This document shows, piece by piece, positions 45,501-55,711 of a stretch of DNA of 64,000 bases. The notes beneath the pieces were generated by a model that was given only the letters and a program-made list of their open reading frames with translations, was not told the DNA's origin and searched no databases. Within the stretch, counting starts at the first letter, position 1. Each line of letters starts with the position of its first letter. Origin of the DNA: a virus (taxonomy: Duplodnaviria > Heunggongvirae > Uroviricota > Caudoviricetes); IMG/VR virus record IMGVR_UViG_2571042690_000019. One strand, 5' to 3'. The position numbers were made by a program, and so were the translations under genes.

Positions 45501-48500
45501 TTAGGCCGCATCGGCGATTATTTTACGCAGTTCATCTACCGAGTAACGCGTAGATACCATCCATGCAGGACGGTCAAAGTTCACATCAGCAACCGGGTTT
45601 GCTTCAAAATTCCAGAAACGTCCGCCAATCTTCTTAATCGCGTCTTTGGCGTTCCGTATTGTCGAGGAACCTGGTTGGTCGGCAATGAGATAAACCGCGC
45701 CAACGTCCTCGCTGACGCTCCACCAGCGCCCGCGAACACGCGCCTTAGCGCGAATCGGCTTATCATTAACCACAATGATATAGTCATCATTCGCCGCTTC
45801 ATCAGCTCTGGCTTCAGCCACTGCCGCCTGCTCTTCTCTTTTGCTTTCAGCCTGCTCAAGCCTTTCCGCGATCTCTGATTCAGTGGCCCCGCCGTTTTTC
45901 AGCGATACATAGTCCTGCCACGTTGCCGATTTGAGCGTATCCGGCAACTCATTCACATAGTCGCCGTCTTTCAACTCACGGGCGCGGCGGGTAGCCATTT
46001 CTACCAGGCGATTAACAGAAACAGCATCAGCAAAATCGTCCTTACTAATGTGTTTTTCATCAAATGCATTGATGACAGCCCCCACCTTAATCCACTGTGC
46101 TGCCGGTGATTCCAGGGGGTTATCAGCCTGAACAATGGCGAGTTTCGCTCCATCTACCCCATTATTCGCCAGCTGTTCCAATGCCGCCCATCCATCTGCA
46201 TCACTGAGTGATTTATATTGCTCAAACAATGCATCGCGCCAGGCCACCAGCGCAGAACGTGTTTTTTCGATCTTCGCCTTAATTTTCGCGATCTTGACCT
46301 GATTAAACATCCGTTCAATATCATCGATATTGCTAAAGGCTTTCATCCTGCCCTGGAATAAACGGTATGCCAGCACGGTCCTCCAGAATGATTCCAGACC
46401 TTCTCCGGACGGTTTGCGGAACAAGCTAAGAATATCTTCAGAAGTGACTTTATTAAGCGAACGACCTGACAGACCACGCCCAGCCATCCAGTTTTCGAAC
46501 TCATGGGCAACATCATCCATCGTTGCCTGTGCGCCCCATGCCTGCATTCCCTGGGTGTAATCATACCCATACAATGCCTGGAGGAATCCCTCGCCGTCCA
46601 CGATATTCAGCGGGTTATCACTGGCTTGTATTTTTGCCACTTCACGCTTCAGCGCCTCGTCGTTGCCATCAGGATATATCCATCGCTCAGGTGCTATATC
46701 CGATGCTCGCCCGATTTTTTGGCCTATCACGCCATCATAGGCCGATGACAGCGCGATCTGACCATCATCTGTGCGATATGCCCAGTATTTAATAGCTGAC
46801 CCACCGCCCCATGCATTACCAGGTTTACCAGCAATAACATTCATTACCCCATTGCGAATAGCATCATAGAACTGATCGCGAGTAAGTATTGTTGATAGCT
46901 GGTGGCACTGAACACCACGCGCAGCCGTTGCGCGCGATTCAGCTACCCCCTCTTCAAAAGTTACCGCTTCAATCACAGAGTCAAACGGCAATGTAACGAT
47001 TGACCCCGGTGCTCGAGCGTAACGACTTGCTCTATCCAGCCAGGCGATACGGCAGAGGTATTGTGCTTTTTCACCGTCAATTTTTTCCACCCGGACAATC
47101 GCTGTTGTTTCGCGATCATCAATGACTGCACGGTAATAACTACCTTTATGCAACAGGATATTCTTGTCAGTGCGCATATATTCCTGTGGGTTCTGAATAA
47201 CATCGATACTGATATCCAGCACACCAGACTTAATAGCGCGCTCCACATCACCACGAGAGCGTTTCATTATGGTATCCGCGTCTTTTGCCCTGGTGATCGC
47301 AAACCGCAGCACCCGCGCACGTTTTCTGTAGCTACTCAACTGCTCAAGCGCGTATTTTTGCCCATTCCTGTTCGTACCCGCTTTTATCAGGTCGTCAAGA
47401 TTGCGCTGGTAATACTCTATCTGTTCCATCGCGCTTTTCAGTTCTGTCTCCATCATGCCGATATCTTTTCCGGCGGCGTTTGCCGCTTTCAGGTAGATAT
47501 CGAGAGCATTGTTGGCCTCGCGCTGTGCTTTCAGTTTCAGACGTTCTTCACGCTCTTGCGCCTGGCGAGCCATGATTGCGCGGCGTTCTTCCGGGTTTGC
47601 CGCCAGCATAATGGCGCGTTCATCAGCATCATCCGCATCACCATTGGCGATCTCTGACATGTCGGATGTCATCACCATCTTGATCCAGTCTTTCTTACGT
47701 TTCAGCGTATCCAGACGGAAGTCGTCGAATGTGCCTTTGCCACAATAGTAGTGAACATTGACCTTTTCTTGCGGTGAACCTACGCGCGCACCGCGCCCAT
47801 TTCGTTGGTCGATACTGGCTGGTGTCCAGGGTAGTGTCAGGTGGTGGATATCGGTTGTCCCGATGTGCAGGTTAATACCTACTTCAGCCTTCTTGTTACA
47901 GATTATGATGCGCGTGCGACCTTCGTTATAGTCGGCGGCAATACCTTCCATGCCCTCAAGGCCAGCATCATTTTTAGCGGAGAGATAATCCTCATATTGG
48001 GCAAGTTTGCTGTAGTAGGTTTCCCATGTCCCTTCTTTGTATTCACCGTTTTTGTTTGGAGTAGGTTCGGTCGGCTTATTCACCTTCTTCAGCTTGATGC
48101 CACCAGCCTGGCTAACTGTCGTCGCATTGATAATGCCAATCTCCTGCTCCGGCATTTGCAGTGCACTGGCGATAATACGGCGCAGCTTCTGGTGCTGGGC
48201 TTTTTCATCAATAAAGACGATCTGCTTACCGTTCTTCAGACCTTCACGAAGATTTTCGATCAGCGCGGCATACTTCGGCGGGATGGGGTGCGACACCTGC
48301 TGCATATCAATGCCGGCAGCCGCAATGGCCTTCAGTATTTCAGCTTCCAGTTCAATGCTGGCACGTATTTCAACATGCGTCGGATGTTCACTAAAAGCGG
48401 TCTTCACTACCTTGCTGGTACGCGTACTGACCAGCCCGCCAGCGCCGTCTTCCTCGGCCTCATCAACATCATCTGCCACTTTACCGCCAGCTACTTTTGG

Positions 48501-51500
48501 CAAGGCATCAGCAATAGCTTTTACCTGGTCTGCAAGCTCAACGGGGAACTGGAATGTAATCGCACTGGCATACAGATCCGGGTCTATAGCAACCTTATCC
48601 ATGTCACGGATGATGGAGAAGATGAAATCATCCGGTTTGTCGTTAGTGATATGCCCGTTTTCATCGACTGTCAGCTCATCATTGCGACTTAACTCCTGAG
48701 CACGCTTACGAAGCTCTTCATAAGCAGTCTCCTGCTCCCCTGTCATCGGGATCTGCAAGGTGTTCTCGATGATGTCGGGAATTTTAACCGTCGCTCCGAC
48801 ATCTGCAGCAGTCTTCAGAGTGGTCCAACGATGGAAAATACCACGCAGGCCGTCAAGGTTCTGGAAGCCCACCAGCCCCTGCTTCTCTTCCACTTCCCCG
48901 GAAATTTTCTGGACCTGAACTGTGGCTGTTTTGCCAAACACACGAACGAAATCATCAGGCGTAATGATGCCCATACGCATCCACTCTTCCTGCGGAATGA
49001 CAGTAGACAGCATGTTGAAGGCATCAATCGGACTGTTCACCAGCGGTGTTGCCGTCAGCATGACTACACCACGCCCGTTGTTGCGTTTCATCATGTACGC
49101 AGCTTTTACAGCCATGTCGCGGGCCATCTTGGATACTGCCGGGTTAGGCAAATATGCCAGTTGTCCCGCTTCACGCCCGGCATTAAAGGAGTTGCGGTAA
49201 TTATGCCCCTCGTCGGCAATCACGCTATCGAAGTTCATATCCTCAAAGTACGGGATATTCTGCTTCTTCGTTGTACCGGTATTCGCGGCCTGATCCTTAA
49301 TCTTGTTCTTCTTCTGCGCATCACGGTGTTTACCGGACGCCAGGTCAAGACGCCCCATTTCCACAGCATTAAAGACAGCTTGCTGTGAGTTCTCCTCGAT
49401 GGTTTTTTCTCGTAGCGGGATAGACGCGAATTGTTCTTTTGTCATGATGACCGTTCGCCAATTTGACGACGGGATCATGTTCATACGCTGAACGATAACG
49501 GCGCTGGCGGACTCTTTCACAACATTTCTGGTAAGAGGCTGCCCGTTACTGTCGAGGCGTGGTTCGCCATTTTCATCAAGCACCGGCGCGGTCAGAATAT
49601 TTCCGCTGTCATCACGAACTTCATCCAAACCGATAAACATCATATTGGCGAAGGCATCAGCACTGTAGAAACTCTGTGCCTCGTGATACCAGTTCTGATA
49701 AACCGCCTTCGGAACAACAATACACGTGCGTTTAGTGCGACCTGTTTCGAAGTTATACGCCTCAAGCGCAAGCGCGGTCGTGGTTTTACCCAGCCCGGTA
49801 CCAAATCCCATGATGCCGCGCCCATCTTCTGACAAGCGCCGAACTTCTTCATTCTGATAAGTAAGAGGAATGCGCTTTCCACTAAGCCCTTCCAGGCCAA
49901 GCGGTGCGTCAGAATGCGTGAACGGAATGAAACCATTGAATGCGTCGTTATACTCGCGGGCTATCTGATCAGCCTGCGGGTGAGTGCGTAACCAGTCGTT
50001 AAAACTAACTTCCAGTTGAGCAATTTTATCCAGGTACTCGTTAGCGTTCTGCCCACGCGGTTTAACACCGTTCAGGTAGTTTTCTAACTGGTTCAGGAAG
50101 CCGTCTTTATTGTTGGCCTTCTTGAACTCATTCCCGTTTTTGCCGTTTACGGTTCGTAGCTGATAGCCGGTAAATACACCGTCCTTACCTTCGTAATCGT
50201 CCGGAGATACCAGAATGCCATCGACGACCTTCAGATCAGGTTCAGTGTACTTAAACTCGTCATAGCCCTGCTCTGCCAGGAACTCTTTTATCAAGCGGCG
50301 ATCCAGCCAGCGGGCATTCAGATTAACGGTGACTTTATTTAGTGGCGTGAAAATACGTTTCTCTTCGATTTTCGCCAACTGACGCTCAAAGTTCGCTTTC
50401 TGCTCACCTGTTGACGCATCACGCCAGCCCATCAGCAATGCTGTTTTGGTTGCAATATCGCCGCTGGTGGCGCGGTCCATCGGCAGCAGGCAGCCATACC
50501 CATCAATAGCGATATCATCAAATTTCGCCAGGTATTCAAGGGCCGCGTCGTCGTCCTCTGGCAGTTCACCAGCAAACGCCTCACGAAAGTCTCCCAGCGT
50601 TATAGGATTAAGGGCTACATCACTGAAAAGATGTGCTATCACTTGTTCAGGACGTGTAAAGTCAATACCGGCAGCACCATCCGTTACATCAAGTCGCCCT
50701 GCCAGAAGGTCAGAAGTGGAACCATCCTGTTTCACATTGCCAGTGAACGTCATCCAGTTTTTAGCGCCAGCTTCAGCAAGCCCATTCAGCTTAATGGCGT
50801 GCGGTGGTCCATACTTCGCAACTTCTGCTGCCGCCAGGCGGGATGCATCTGCCAGTTTGTCATCAACGTTCACACCCAGGTTACGCAAATCAAGTGCCTT
50901 GTTGATCAACTGACCTATCAGCGCACCGCGCATAACGCGCTCCCTGTCTTTTTCTCGCTGCTTGCCAGCAAAGCGAATCATTGCTGCCACTTCATCACTG
51001 ACAACCGATGGATAGTCGGACGCGATCGCCGATATCTGGTCCCATGACAAAGCCAGAATCCCGTTTGTTGACTGGAACGCGATCTGCAGATCGCCAAACG
51101 TCGAAACACCATATCGACTTACATCAAGCGCGGAGGATTTGGTTGTCGTGTCCTTAACCCATTTCAGACCATCAAACTCATGCCAGATACCGCCTACAAG
51201 GCGTTTATCGCCCACTTTCGCGCCCTGCCATGCCTGAGTAGTTACGCCGAGCAAATCCCAATTGATGCGACTATCAAAGCGACGAGATAGCGCGGTTTTC
51301 ATCGACTCATTGGATACACGACCGTCTTTTTTCACCACCAAGGTATTGCGGAAGCTGGTACGTTCCATGTCGCCGTAAACAAATCGCTTCCCTTCGGTTG
51401 TAAACCATTTTCCTTTGAGGAAGGTATCCCAAAGGACGTTTGCCGATTTGAGTGTTGAATCATCCGTGTCGGGGATCATCTCCAGGAAGGTTTCCGGGTG

Positions 51501-52337
51501 TTTACGCAATACCCATACGTCCACCACGGTATCTGTACCGGATTCGCTGAACGTACCAGAAGGCATACGATGTGCGCCCAAAAATTCCGCTTTACGGCTG
51601 ACTTTATCGCGCAATTTTTTATATTTCGCACCATCGGTCATGCCATTCGGCACCACCAATACGATAAGCCCACCAGGTTTAACCTTGTCGATCGTGCGCA
51701 GCACAAAGTAATTGCCAACGTTCTTCTCGTTTGCATATGCCGGATCAAGCCCGGCGACACCGGAACGCCCTTCACCAAACGGTACGTTACCAACAGCGTG
51801 ATCATACATTGCGTCTTTCGCCGCCAGCGCCTCAAACGCCCCGATATTCACATCGTCTTCCGGGTGCAAAAGCTGGTTTATTCGACCGGAAATCTGAGAC
51901 AGTTCGGCGCTGGTCATTATCATGCCCTGCCGTTTTGTCTCCTGGAAAATACCTGTGCCCGCTGATGGTTCCAGTACGTGCCCGCCATCAATACCGTAGT
52001 CAGCAAACAGATCCCATATACCTTCAGCCATAAACTGTGGCGTGTAGTATTCGTATTGGCTGCCCTCACCATCTGTCAGGCCGCCTTCACCGGTATACCC
52101 GGCAAGAATCTGACGTTGTTCGTCAGTTAATTTCGCCCCATCGAAGCCGGGCGGAAGGGAATTAAGAAGATTTACTGCGGCATTATTTGCTGCCCGGCGT
52201 GTTTTCTGAATACTGACGCCATCGGCTTTCCTGACGCCAAAGGTCGCAACAGCACGTAATTTATGCAACCGACTAACAATTTCAATCAGTTCGCCTAAGC
52301 TGGAGGCTTCACTGATTGAATGAAGTAGTTTGTCCAA
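45501..52337 (-). CDS. darB: giant DarB-like protein: N-terminal adenine-MTase-like domain plus SF2 helicase
   Basis: 2278 aa (P1 DarB about 2255 from memory); N-terminal MTase-like motif (HAVGNVPFG); helicase Walker A GFGTGLGKTTTALALEAY and DEGH box IADEGHNYRN. Confidence 0.6.
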   Translation of the reverse strand: MDKLLHSISEASSLGELIEIVSRLHKLRAVATFGVRKADGVSIQKTRRAANNAAVNLLNSLPPGFDGAKLTDEQRQILAGYTGEGGLTDGEGSQYEYYTPQFMAEGIWDLFADYGIDGGHVLEPSAGTGIFQETKRQGMIMTSAELSQISGRINQLLHPEDDVNIGAFEALAAKDAMYDHAVGNVPFGEGRSGVAGLDPAYANEKNVGNYFVLRTIDKVKPGGLIVLVVPNGMTDGAKYKKLRDKVSRKAEFLGAHRMPSGTFSESGTDTVVDVWVLRKHPETFLEMIPDTDDSTLKSANVLWDTFLKGKWFTTEGKRFVYGDMERTSFRNTLVVKKDGRVSNESMKTALSRRFDSRINWDLLGVTTQAWQGAKVGDKRLVGGIWHEFDGLKWVKDTTTKSSALDVSRYGVSTFGDLQIAFQSTNGILALSWDQISAIASDYPSVVSDEVAAMIRFAGKQREKDRERVMRGALIGQLINKALDLRNLGVNVDDKLADASRLAAAEVAKYGPPHAIKLNGLAEAGAKNWMTFTGNVKQDGSTSDLLAGRLDVTDGAAGIDFTRPEQVIAHLFSDVALNPITLGDFREAFAGELPEDDDAALEYLAKFDDIAIDGYGCLLPMDRATSGDIATKTALLMGWRDASTGEQKANFERQLAKIEEKRIFTPLNKVTVNLNARWLDRRLIKEFLAEQGYDEFKYTEPDLKVVDGILVSPDDYEGKDGVFTGYQLRTVNGKNGNEFKKANNKDGFLNQLENYLNGVKPRGQNANEYLDKIAQLEVSFNDWLRTHPQADQIAREYNDAFNGFIPFTHSDAPLGLEGLSGKRIPLTYQNEEVRRLSEDGRGIMGFGTGLGKTTTALALEAYNFETGRTKRTCIVVPKAVYQNWYHEAQSFYSADAFANMMFIGLDEVRDDSGNILTAPVLDENGEPRLDSNGQPLTRNVVKESASAVIVQRMNMIPSSNWRTVIMTKEQFASIPLREKTIEENSQQAVFNAVEMGRLDLASGKHRDAQKKNKIKDQAANTGTTKKQNIPYFEDMNFDSVIADEGHNYRNSFNAGREAGQLAYLPNPAVSKMARDMAVKAAYMMKRNNGRGVVMLTATPLVNSPIDAFNMLSTVIPQEEWMRMGIITPDDFVRVFGKTATVQVQKISGEVEEKQGLVGFQNLDGLRGIFHRWTTLKTAADVGATVKIPDIIENTLQIPMTGEQETAYEELRKRAQELSRNDELTVDENGHITNDKPDDFIFSIIRDMDKVAIDPDLYASAITFQFPVELADQVKAIADALPKVAGGKVADDVDEAEEDGAGGLVSTRTSKVVKTAFSEHPTHVEIRASIELEAEILKAIAAAGIDMQQVSHPIPPKYAALIENLREGLKNGKQIVFIDEKAQHQKLRRIIASALQMPEQEIGIINATTVSQAGGIKLKKVNKPTEPTPNKNGEYKEGTWETYYSKLAQYEDYLSAKNDAGLEGMEGIAADYNEGRTRIIICNKKAEVGINLHIGTTDIHHLTLPWTPASIDQRNGRGARVGSPQEKVNVHYYCGKGTFDDFRLDTLKRKKDWIKMVMTSDMSEIANGDADDADERAIMLAANPEERRAIMARQAQEREERLKLKAQREANNALDIYLKAANAAGKDIGMMETELKSAMEQIEYYQRNLDDLIKAGTNRNGQKYALEQLSSYRKRARVLRFAITRAKDADTIMKRSRGDVERAIKSGVLDISIDVIQNPQEYMRTDKNILLHKGSYYRAVIDDRETTAIVRVEKIDGEKAQYLCRIAWLDRASRYARAPGSIVTLPFDSVIEAVTFEEGVAESRATAARGVQCHQLSTILTRDQFYDAIRNGVMNVIAGKPGNAWGGGSAIKYWAYRTDDGQIALSSAYDGVIGQKIGRASDIAPERWIYPDGNDEALKREVAKIQASDNPLNIVDGEGFLQALYGYDYTQGMQAWGAQATMDDVAHEFENWMAGRGLSGRSLNKVTSEDILSLFRKPSGEGLESFWRTVLAYRLFQGRMKAFSNIDDIERMFNQVKIAKIKAKIEKTRSALVAWRDALFEQYKSLSDADGWAALEQLANNGVDGAKLAIVQADNPLESPAAQWIKVGAVINAFDEKHISKDDFADAVSVNRLVEMATRRARELKDGDYVNELPDTLKSATWQDYVSLKNGGATESEIAERLEQAESKREEQAAVAEARADEAANDDYIIVVNDKPIRAKARVRGRWWSVSEDVGAVYLIADQPGSSTIRNAKDAIKKIGGRFWNFEANPVADVNFDRPAWMVSTRYSVDELRKIIADAA

Positions 52338-52488
52338 AGGATTTCCCCCTCTAAACCGTAAAAAATTCCGCTATGCGGTACGGTTGAGAGGGTATGGAGA
52401 ATGTTATTTTCAGGGGGACGATACTACCGTCAAAATCACATACTCCCCATAGTTTGCCTACTTATTAACCCATGACCGGGGGAAAAAT

Positions 52489-52974
52489 ATGGCAAACATT
52501 GAACCTCGCTGGCTAATTGAAGCCCGTAAGCACATTGGCCTGACTGAAATAAAAGGCGCTAAACACAACCCTGAAATCGTTCAGTTCTGGCGCGACATCA
52601 AGCGCGGCGGAATTAAAGACGATGAAACGCCGTGGTGCGCAGCATTTGTCGGTGCAATGCTGGAACGTGTAGGCATCCGCTCAACAAGATTTGAGTCGGC
52701 AAAATCCTATCTGGATTGGGGCGAGAAATTAGATACACCGGCATACGGATGTATCGTTGTATTTACCCGCGTAGGCGGTGGGCACGTAGGCTTCGTTGTC
52801 GGACGCCGCGCCAATGGCGATCTGCTTGTCTTGGGTGGGAACCAGGGGGATGCGGTAAATATTCGCGCATTCCCAACATCAAGAGTGTCTGGCTATCGCT
52901 GGCCTGCTGGCGAACCACGCAATACCGCTCTGTTACCAGTCGGAGACGCAGCAACCTCAACTAATGAGGCATGA
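52489..52974 (+). CDS. CHAP/NlpC-P60-like cell-wall hydrolase family protein
   Basis: 161 aa; candidate catalytic Cys (TPWCAAFVG) and His (GGGHVGFVVG); resembles phage peptidase family from memory. Confidence 0.45.
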   Translation: MANIEPRWLIEARKHIGLTEIKGAKHNPEIVQFWRDIKRGGIKDDETPWCAAFVGAMLERVGIRSTRFESAKSYLDWGEKLDTPAYGCIVVFTRVGGGHVGFVVGRRANGDLLVLGGNQGDAVNIRAFPTSRVSGYRWPAGEPRNTALLPVGDAATSTNEA

Positions 52975-53006
52975 AAAAAGCCCCGGCCTGGCCGGGGCAT
53001 CACGCT

Positions 53007-53207
53007 TCAAGTCACGATCCAATCATTACCGACTATATCAGCCGTCGATAAATCAACTTCCCGGATCTGGAGTCCATTAATACAAAACCATCCGGTAGTA
53101 GAGTAATTATCAGGCCAGGCCCATACACCAACACTCCATGCTTTACGGCGGCACACTTCAGCCTGTCCTTCCCTGATTTTTTTTACCGCCTGCATGATGT
53201 CCATCAC
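53007..53207 (-). CDS. small protein downstream of antirepressor 2
   Basis: 66 aa; homologous to the C-terminal segment fused onto the module-1 antirepressor. Confidence 0.4.
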   Translation of the reverse strand: MMDIMQAVKKIREGQAEVCRRKAWSVGVWAWPDNYSTTGWFCINGLQIREVDLSTADIVGNDWIVT

Positions 53208-53956
53208 TCACCTCCCCAACCGATCACCTGGAATTGCCCCATTTTGGGGTGATACCAGCGTTTTCCTCGGTGTTCAGCCTCCGACATCATCCGGTTAAAA
53301 GAATTCATGAAGGGAGATAAGGCCACGATGGAACGACGCGACAATACCCCCTCTGGAGTTAAAAACTCATGTGTATCGGTGGGAATCCGGAAAGCGTTAA
53401 CCAGGTTGCGGCATTTGGCTTCGGTCAGGCCACATTTCGCCGCCAGCTGGCGGTAGCCAATGTAACCTTCCGGCATATTGCCCTTCTTGATTTGCTCGAC
53501 GGTTTCAGCGACCTGGCTAACCTTTGACTCAACAGCATGAAGCCGCTTTTGCTGCTGAACTGCATTTGCAGCCATTGCGGCGATCATCTCTATTTCGGTC
53601 AACGGCTGGCGTACTTGTTCTTCCAGTTCGCGCCAGCGGTCCACCAGCCGGGCAGTAAACTCAGGACAAAGCTGTGCGACTACAATGATACTGTCTCGTT
53701 TGCCTTGCTCGTCGCTAAATCGGAACACCTGAATTAATCGAGAACGCCCCATTACATCTATTTTTGGTTCATCCTCAATTTGAGGACGAACAATAACGCC
53801 GGATTCGGCTAATGTTTCAATGGTACGCTTCACATTGTCATGACGTTTTCCCACCAGCTCCGCGATCTCAATGCTGGTCATTGATGGCTTTTCAAGAATG
53901 CAGATATCCATCAGTGTGCCTCCGCAATGCCGGGATTGGTAATATTGCGATACCAA
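53204..53956 (-). CDS. Rha/Ant-family antirepressor (immI-like module 2)
   Basis: 250 aa; paralog of 12827..14005 (MTSIEIAELVGKRHDNVKRTIE, QLCPEFTARLVDRWRELE, YIGYRQLAAKCGLTEAKCRNLVNAFRIPTDTHEFLTP). Confidence 0.65.
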   Translation of the reverse strand: MVSQYYQSRHCGGTLMDICILEKPSMTSIEIAELVGKRHDNVKRTIETLAESGVIVRPQIEDEPKIDVMGRSRLIQVFRFSDEQGKRDSIIVVAQLCPEFTARLVDRWRELEEQVRQPLTEIEMIAAMAANAVQQQKRLHAVESKVSQVAETVEQIKKGNMPEGYIGYRQLAAKCGLTEAKCRNLVNAFRIPTDTHEFLTPEGVLSRRSIVALSPFMNSFNRMMSEAEHRGKRWYHPKMGQFQVIGWGGE

Positions 53957-54135
53957 GGATTAGTGTTTGGTTGTGGGGAAGTAGAGAAACGACCAGTAAG
54001 AACACCATGCTGATCAGGGATCAGAGAACGGGCTTCTTTTTCGGTTGCGGCAATTGCGAAGTGATCGCAGTGTTTTTGCAGGGAGTGGAAACGCCAGATG
54101 AATTCTGGACGTGAGCAAGGATTGGCATTAACCAT
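53911..54135 (-). CDS. Icd-like small protein (immI module 2)
   Basis: 74 aa, overlaps antirepressor start by 46 bp; paralog of 14005..14220. Confidence 0.45.
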   Translation of the reverse strand: MVNANPCSRPEFIWRFHSLQKHCDHFAIAATEKEARSLIPDQHGVLTGRFSTSPQPNTNPWYRNITNPGIAEAH

Positions 54136-54139
54136 AGTT

Positions 54140-54420
54140 ACGGCCTCACTAACAGGTTTAACAACCTGCTACCCGCTGTCAAACAGGTGGCAGGACGTGA
54201 CAGGGTTGACAGACTGGCGTTAGTGAAACCAGCAGGCCGAAGCCTCCCCATCACGCCCCACCATAATTCGGGCGTAACGTGGTTTACGGACACAAAAATA
54301 CCGCAATATCGGAAATCTGCGGTTGTCCGCACTAACATTCAGGCTGTCAAACCTGGTCGCAGAATTTGCTACGACGGCATGAATATAAGCCTGAAAACAT
54401 GGAAGATCAACTAAAAATTT
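54140..54420 (-). ncRNA. candidate c4-like antisense RNA / structured leader (immI module 2)
   Basis: Non-coding stretch with TTGACAG and complementary CTGTCAA heptamers at 54177, 54206 and 54344. Coordinates approximate. Confidence 0.25.
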
Positions 54421-54482
54421 CAGCAATGGATGACTTCAGTCGATGATGCAGATCATACATTCCGATTTAGAAACAGCAAATT

Positions 54483-54500
54483 AATTTTCTAACATAAATC
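54483..54500. promoter_or_regulatory. C1-operator-like site upstream of immI module 2
   Basis: aattttctaacataaatc. Confidence 0.45.
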
Positions 54501-54548
54501 ATCGAGCGGGCATTTTCCGATCATTGGGATGCTTTGTAGACACACAGG

Positions 54549-55511
54549 TCATCCCCTAAAGCCCGCCGGGATTGACCAATCCTCACGGTCAAATTCAGAC
54601 CGATAGCCACGCTGTTTCATCAGGTCAAAGGCTTCACCAATGGTTGCACACCCCTGGGAGCCAGAATAATCCATTGAGAAATCCAGGGCACTGGATTGTT
54701 TAGGCTTATTCACTGCGGTAGCGGCACTACGTATCCATGCAAATTTTTTTGCCAGCTTTTCAGCGGTACGATACAGAGCCTGCCGTTTTGCGTGCCCCTC
54801 GTCTGAACGACGCTTTGCAGCTCTCGCTTTTGCCGCCGCCAGGCAGTGGTTGGTATGTTCTTCCCTGATTACTGGTTTTTTATCCAGCACCCCATTATCC
54901 GCTTGAGAACTATCTGCTGGTGAAGCCTTTGGCTGAACCGCGCATGATCTTTCTCTTCTTTTTGCTATAGAGTGACTCTTATTTTCTATTGGCTGTTCAT
55001 TTTGAACATGGGGGGGCTTGTTCAATTTGAACAGGGGGTTCCCAGTTTCAAAAAAATAACGAACCTTTGAAATCAACTGCTTAACCAGTTTTGTGGCGTT
55101 GGCAAATTTGATGCCCTGCTTACCCCCTATCTCCATTGCTACATGAATGAAGTGGAGAAATTGTGTCGTAAACCGATATACGTTACACACCTGGGCATTG
55201 TTATTCGCTACCTGATGTTGCTTAACAAGCATTCCGCACTTCGTCGCTTCAGCAAATGCCCTGCGCACAGTAGAAATACTGCGTCCTGTAATCTCGGACA
55301 TATCAGCATATGAGCGACGGATCATGTATTCATCGGTAGCCCCTGCCAGGTTGGCGAACTCGGCAATAATGGCGCTATGTGAAGGGGAAAGAAGACCGCT
55401 ATGACGGGCAAAAAAACTCAACTGATGACCTTTGATTTTTTTGTGGTATTCAGTGTTGTTTTTATACTCAGAAGTGTTGAAAGTTACTGAAACTGAATTT
55501 AAAATACTCAC
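54549..55511 (-). CDS. HTH DNA-binding protein, possibly replication initiator (RepL-like)
   Basis: 320 aa; HTH-like ITGRSISTVRRAFAEATKCGMLVK; operator-controlled promoter upstream; RepL assignment is a guess. Confidence 0.3.
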   Translation of the reverse strand: MSILNSVSVTFNTSEYKNNTEYHKKIKGHQLSFFARHSGLLSPSHSAIIAEFANLAGATDEYMIRRSYADMSEITGRSISTVRRAFAEATKCGMLVKQHQVANNNAQVCNVYRFTTQFLHFIHVAMEIGGKQGIKFANATKLVKQLISKVRYFFETGNPLFKLNKPPHVQNEQPIENKSHSIAKRRERSCAVQPKASPADSSQADNGVLDKKPVIREEHTNHCLAAAKARAAKRRSDEGHAKRQALYRTAEKLAKKFAWIRSAATAVNKPKQSSALDFSMDYSGSQGCATIGEAFDLMKQRGYRSEFDREDWSIPAGFRG

Positions 55512-55681
55512 CAGATAGTTCCGTGAAAAAATCTATCTACCGTATAAATCTATGCCAGTGGATTTATACACCAAAAAGCCGCTTCTCAGCGGCTTTTGCT
55601 TTTTTTGGCAGTCGCTACCGGAGCAGTGACCGCGATCCTACTCGATCCCATCCACCAGGATCAACAGTGTATATAAATACA

Positions 55682-55700
55682 CTATGTTAGAAATTTAACT
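55682..55700. promoter_or_regulatory. C1-operator-like site
   Basis: ctatgttagaaatttaact. Confidence 0.4.
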
Positions 55701-55711
55701 TAACAAGGCGA

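Noticed and set aside
46330-52033. Many plus-strand ORFs (up to 283 aa) antisense to the 2278-aa DarB-like gene
   Set aside because: The minus-strand frame is continuous for 6.8 kb with helicase and MTase motifs; the antisense ORFs are what a long sense gene produces on the opposite strand.
3504-55700. Exact P1 C1 operator consensus (ATTGCTCTAATAAATTT)
   Set aside because: No exact copy found by eye; the recurring motif here is the related but distinct TTTTCTAACA form, so the sites are called operator-like rather than P1 operators.
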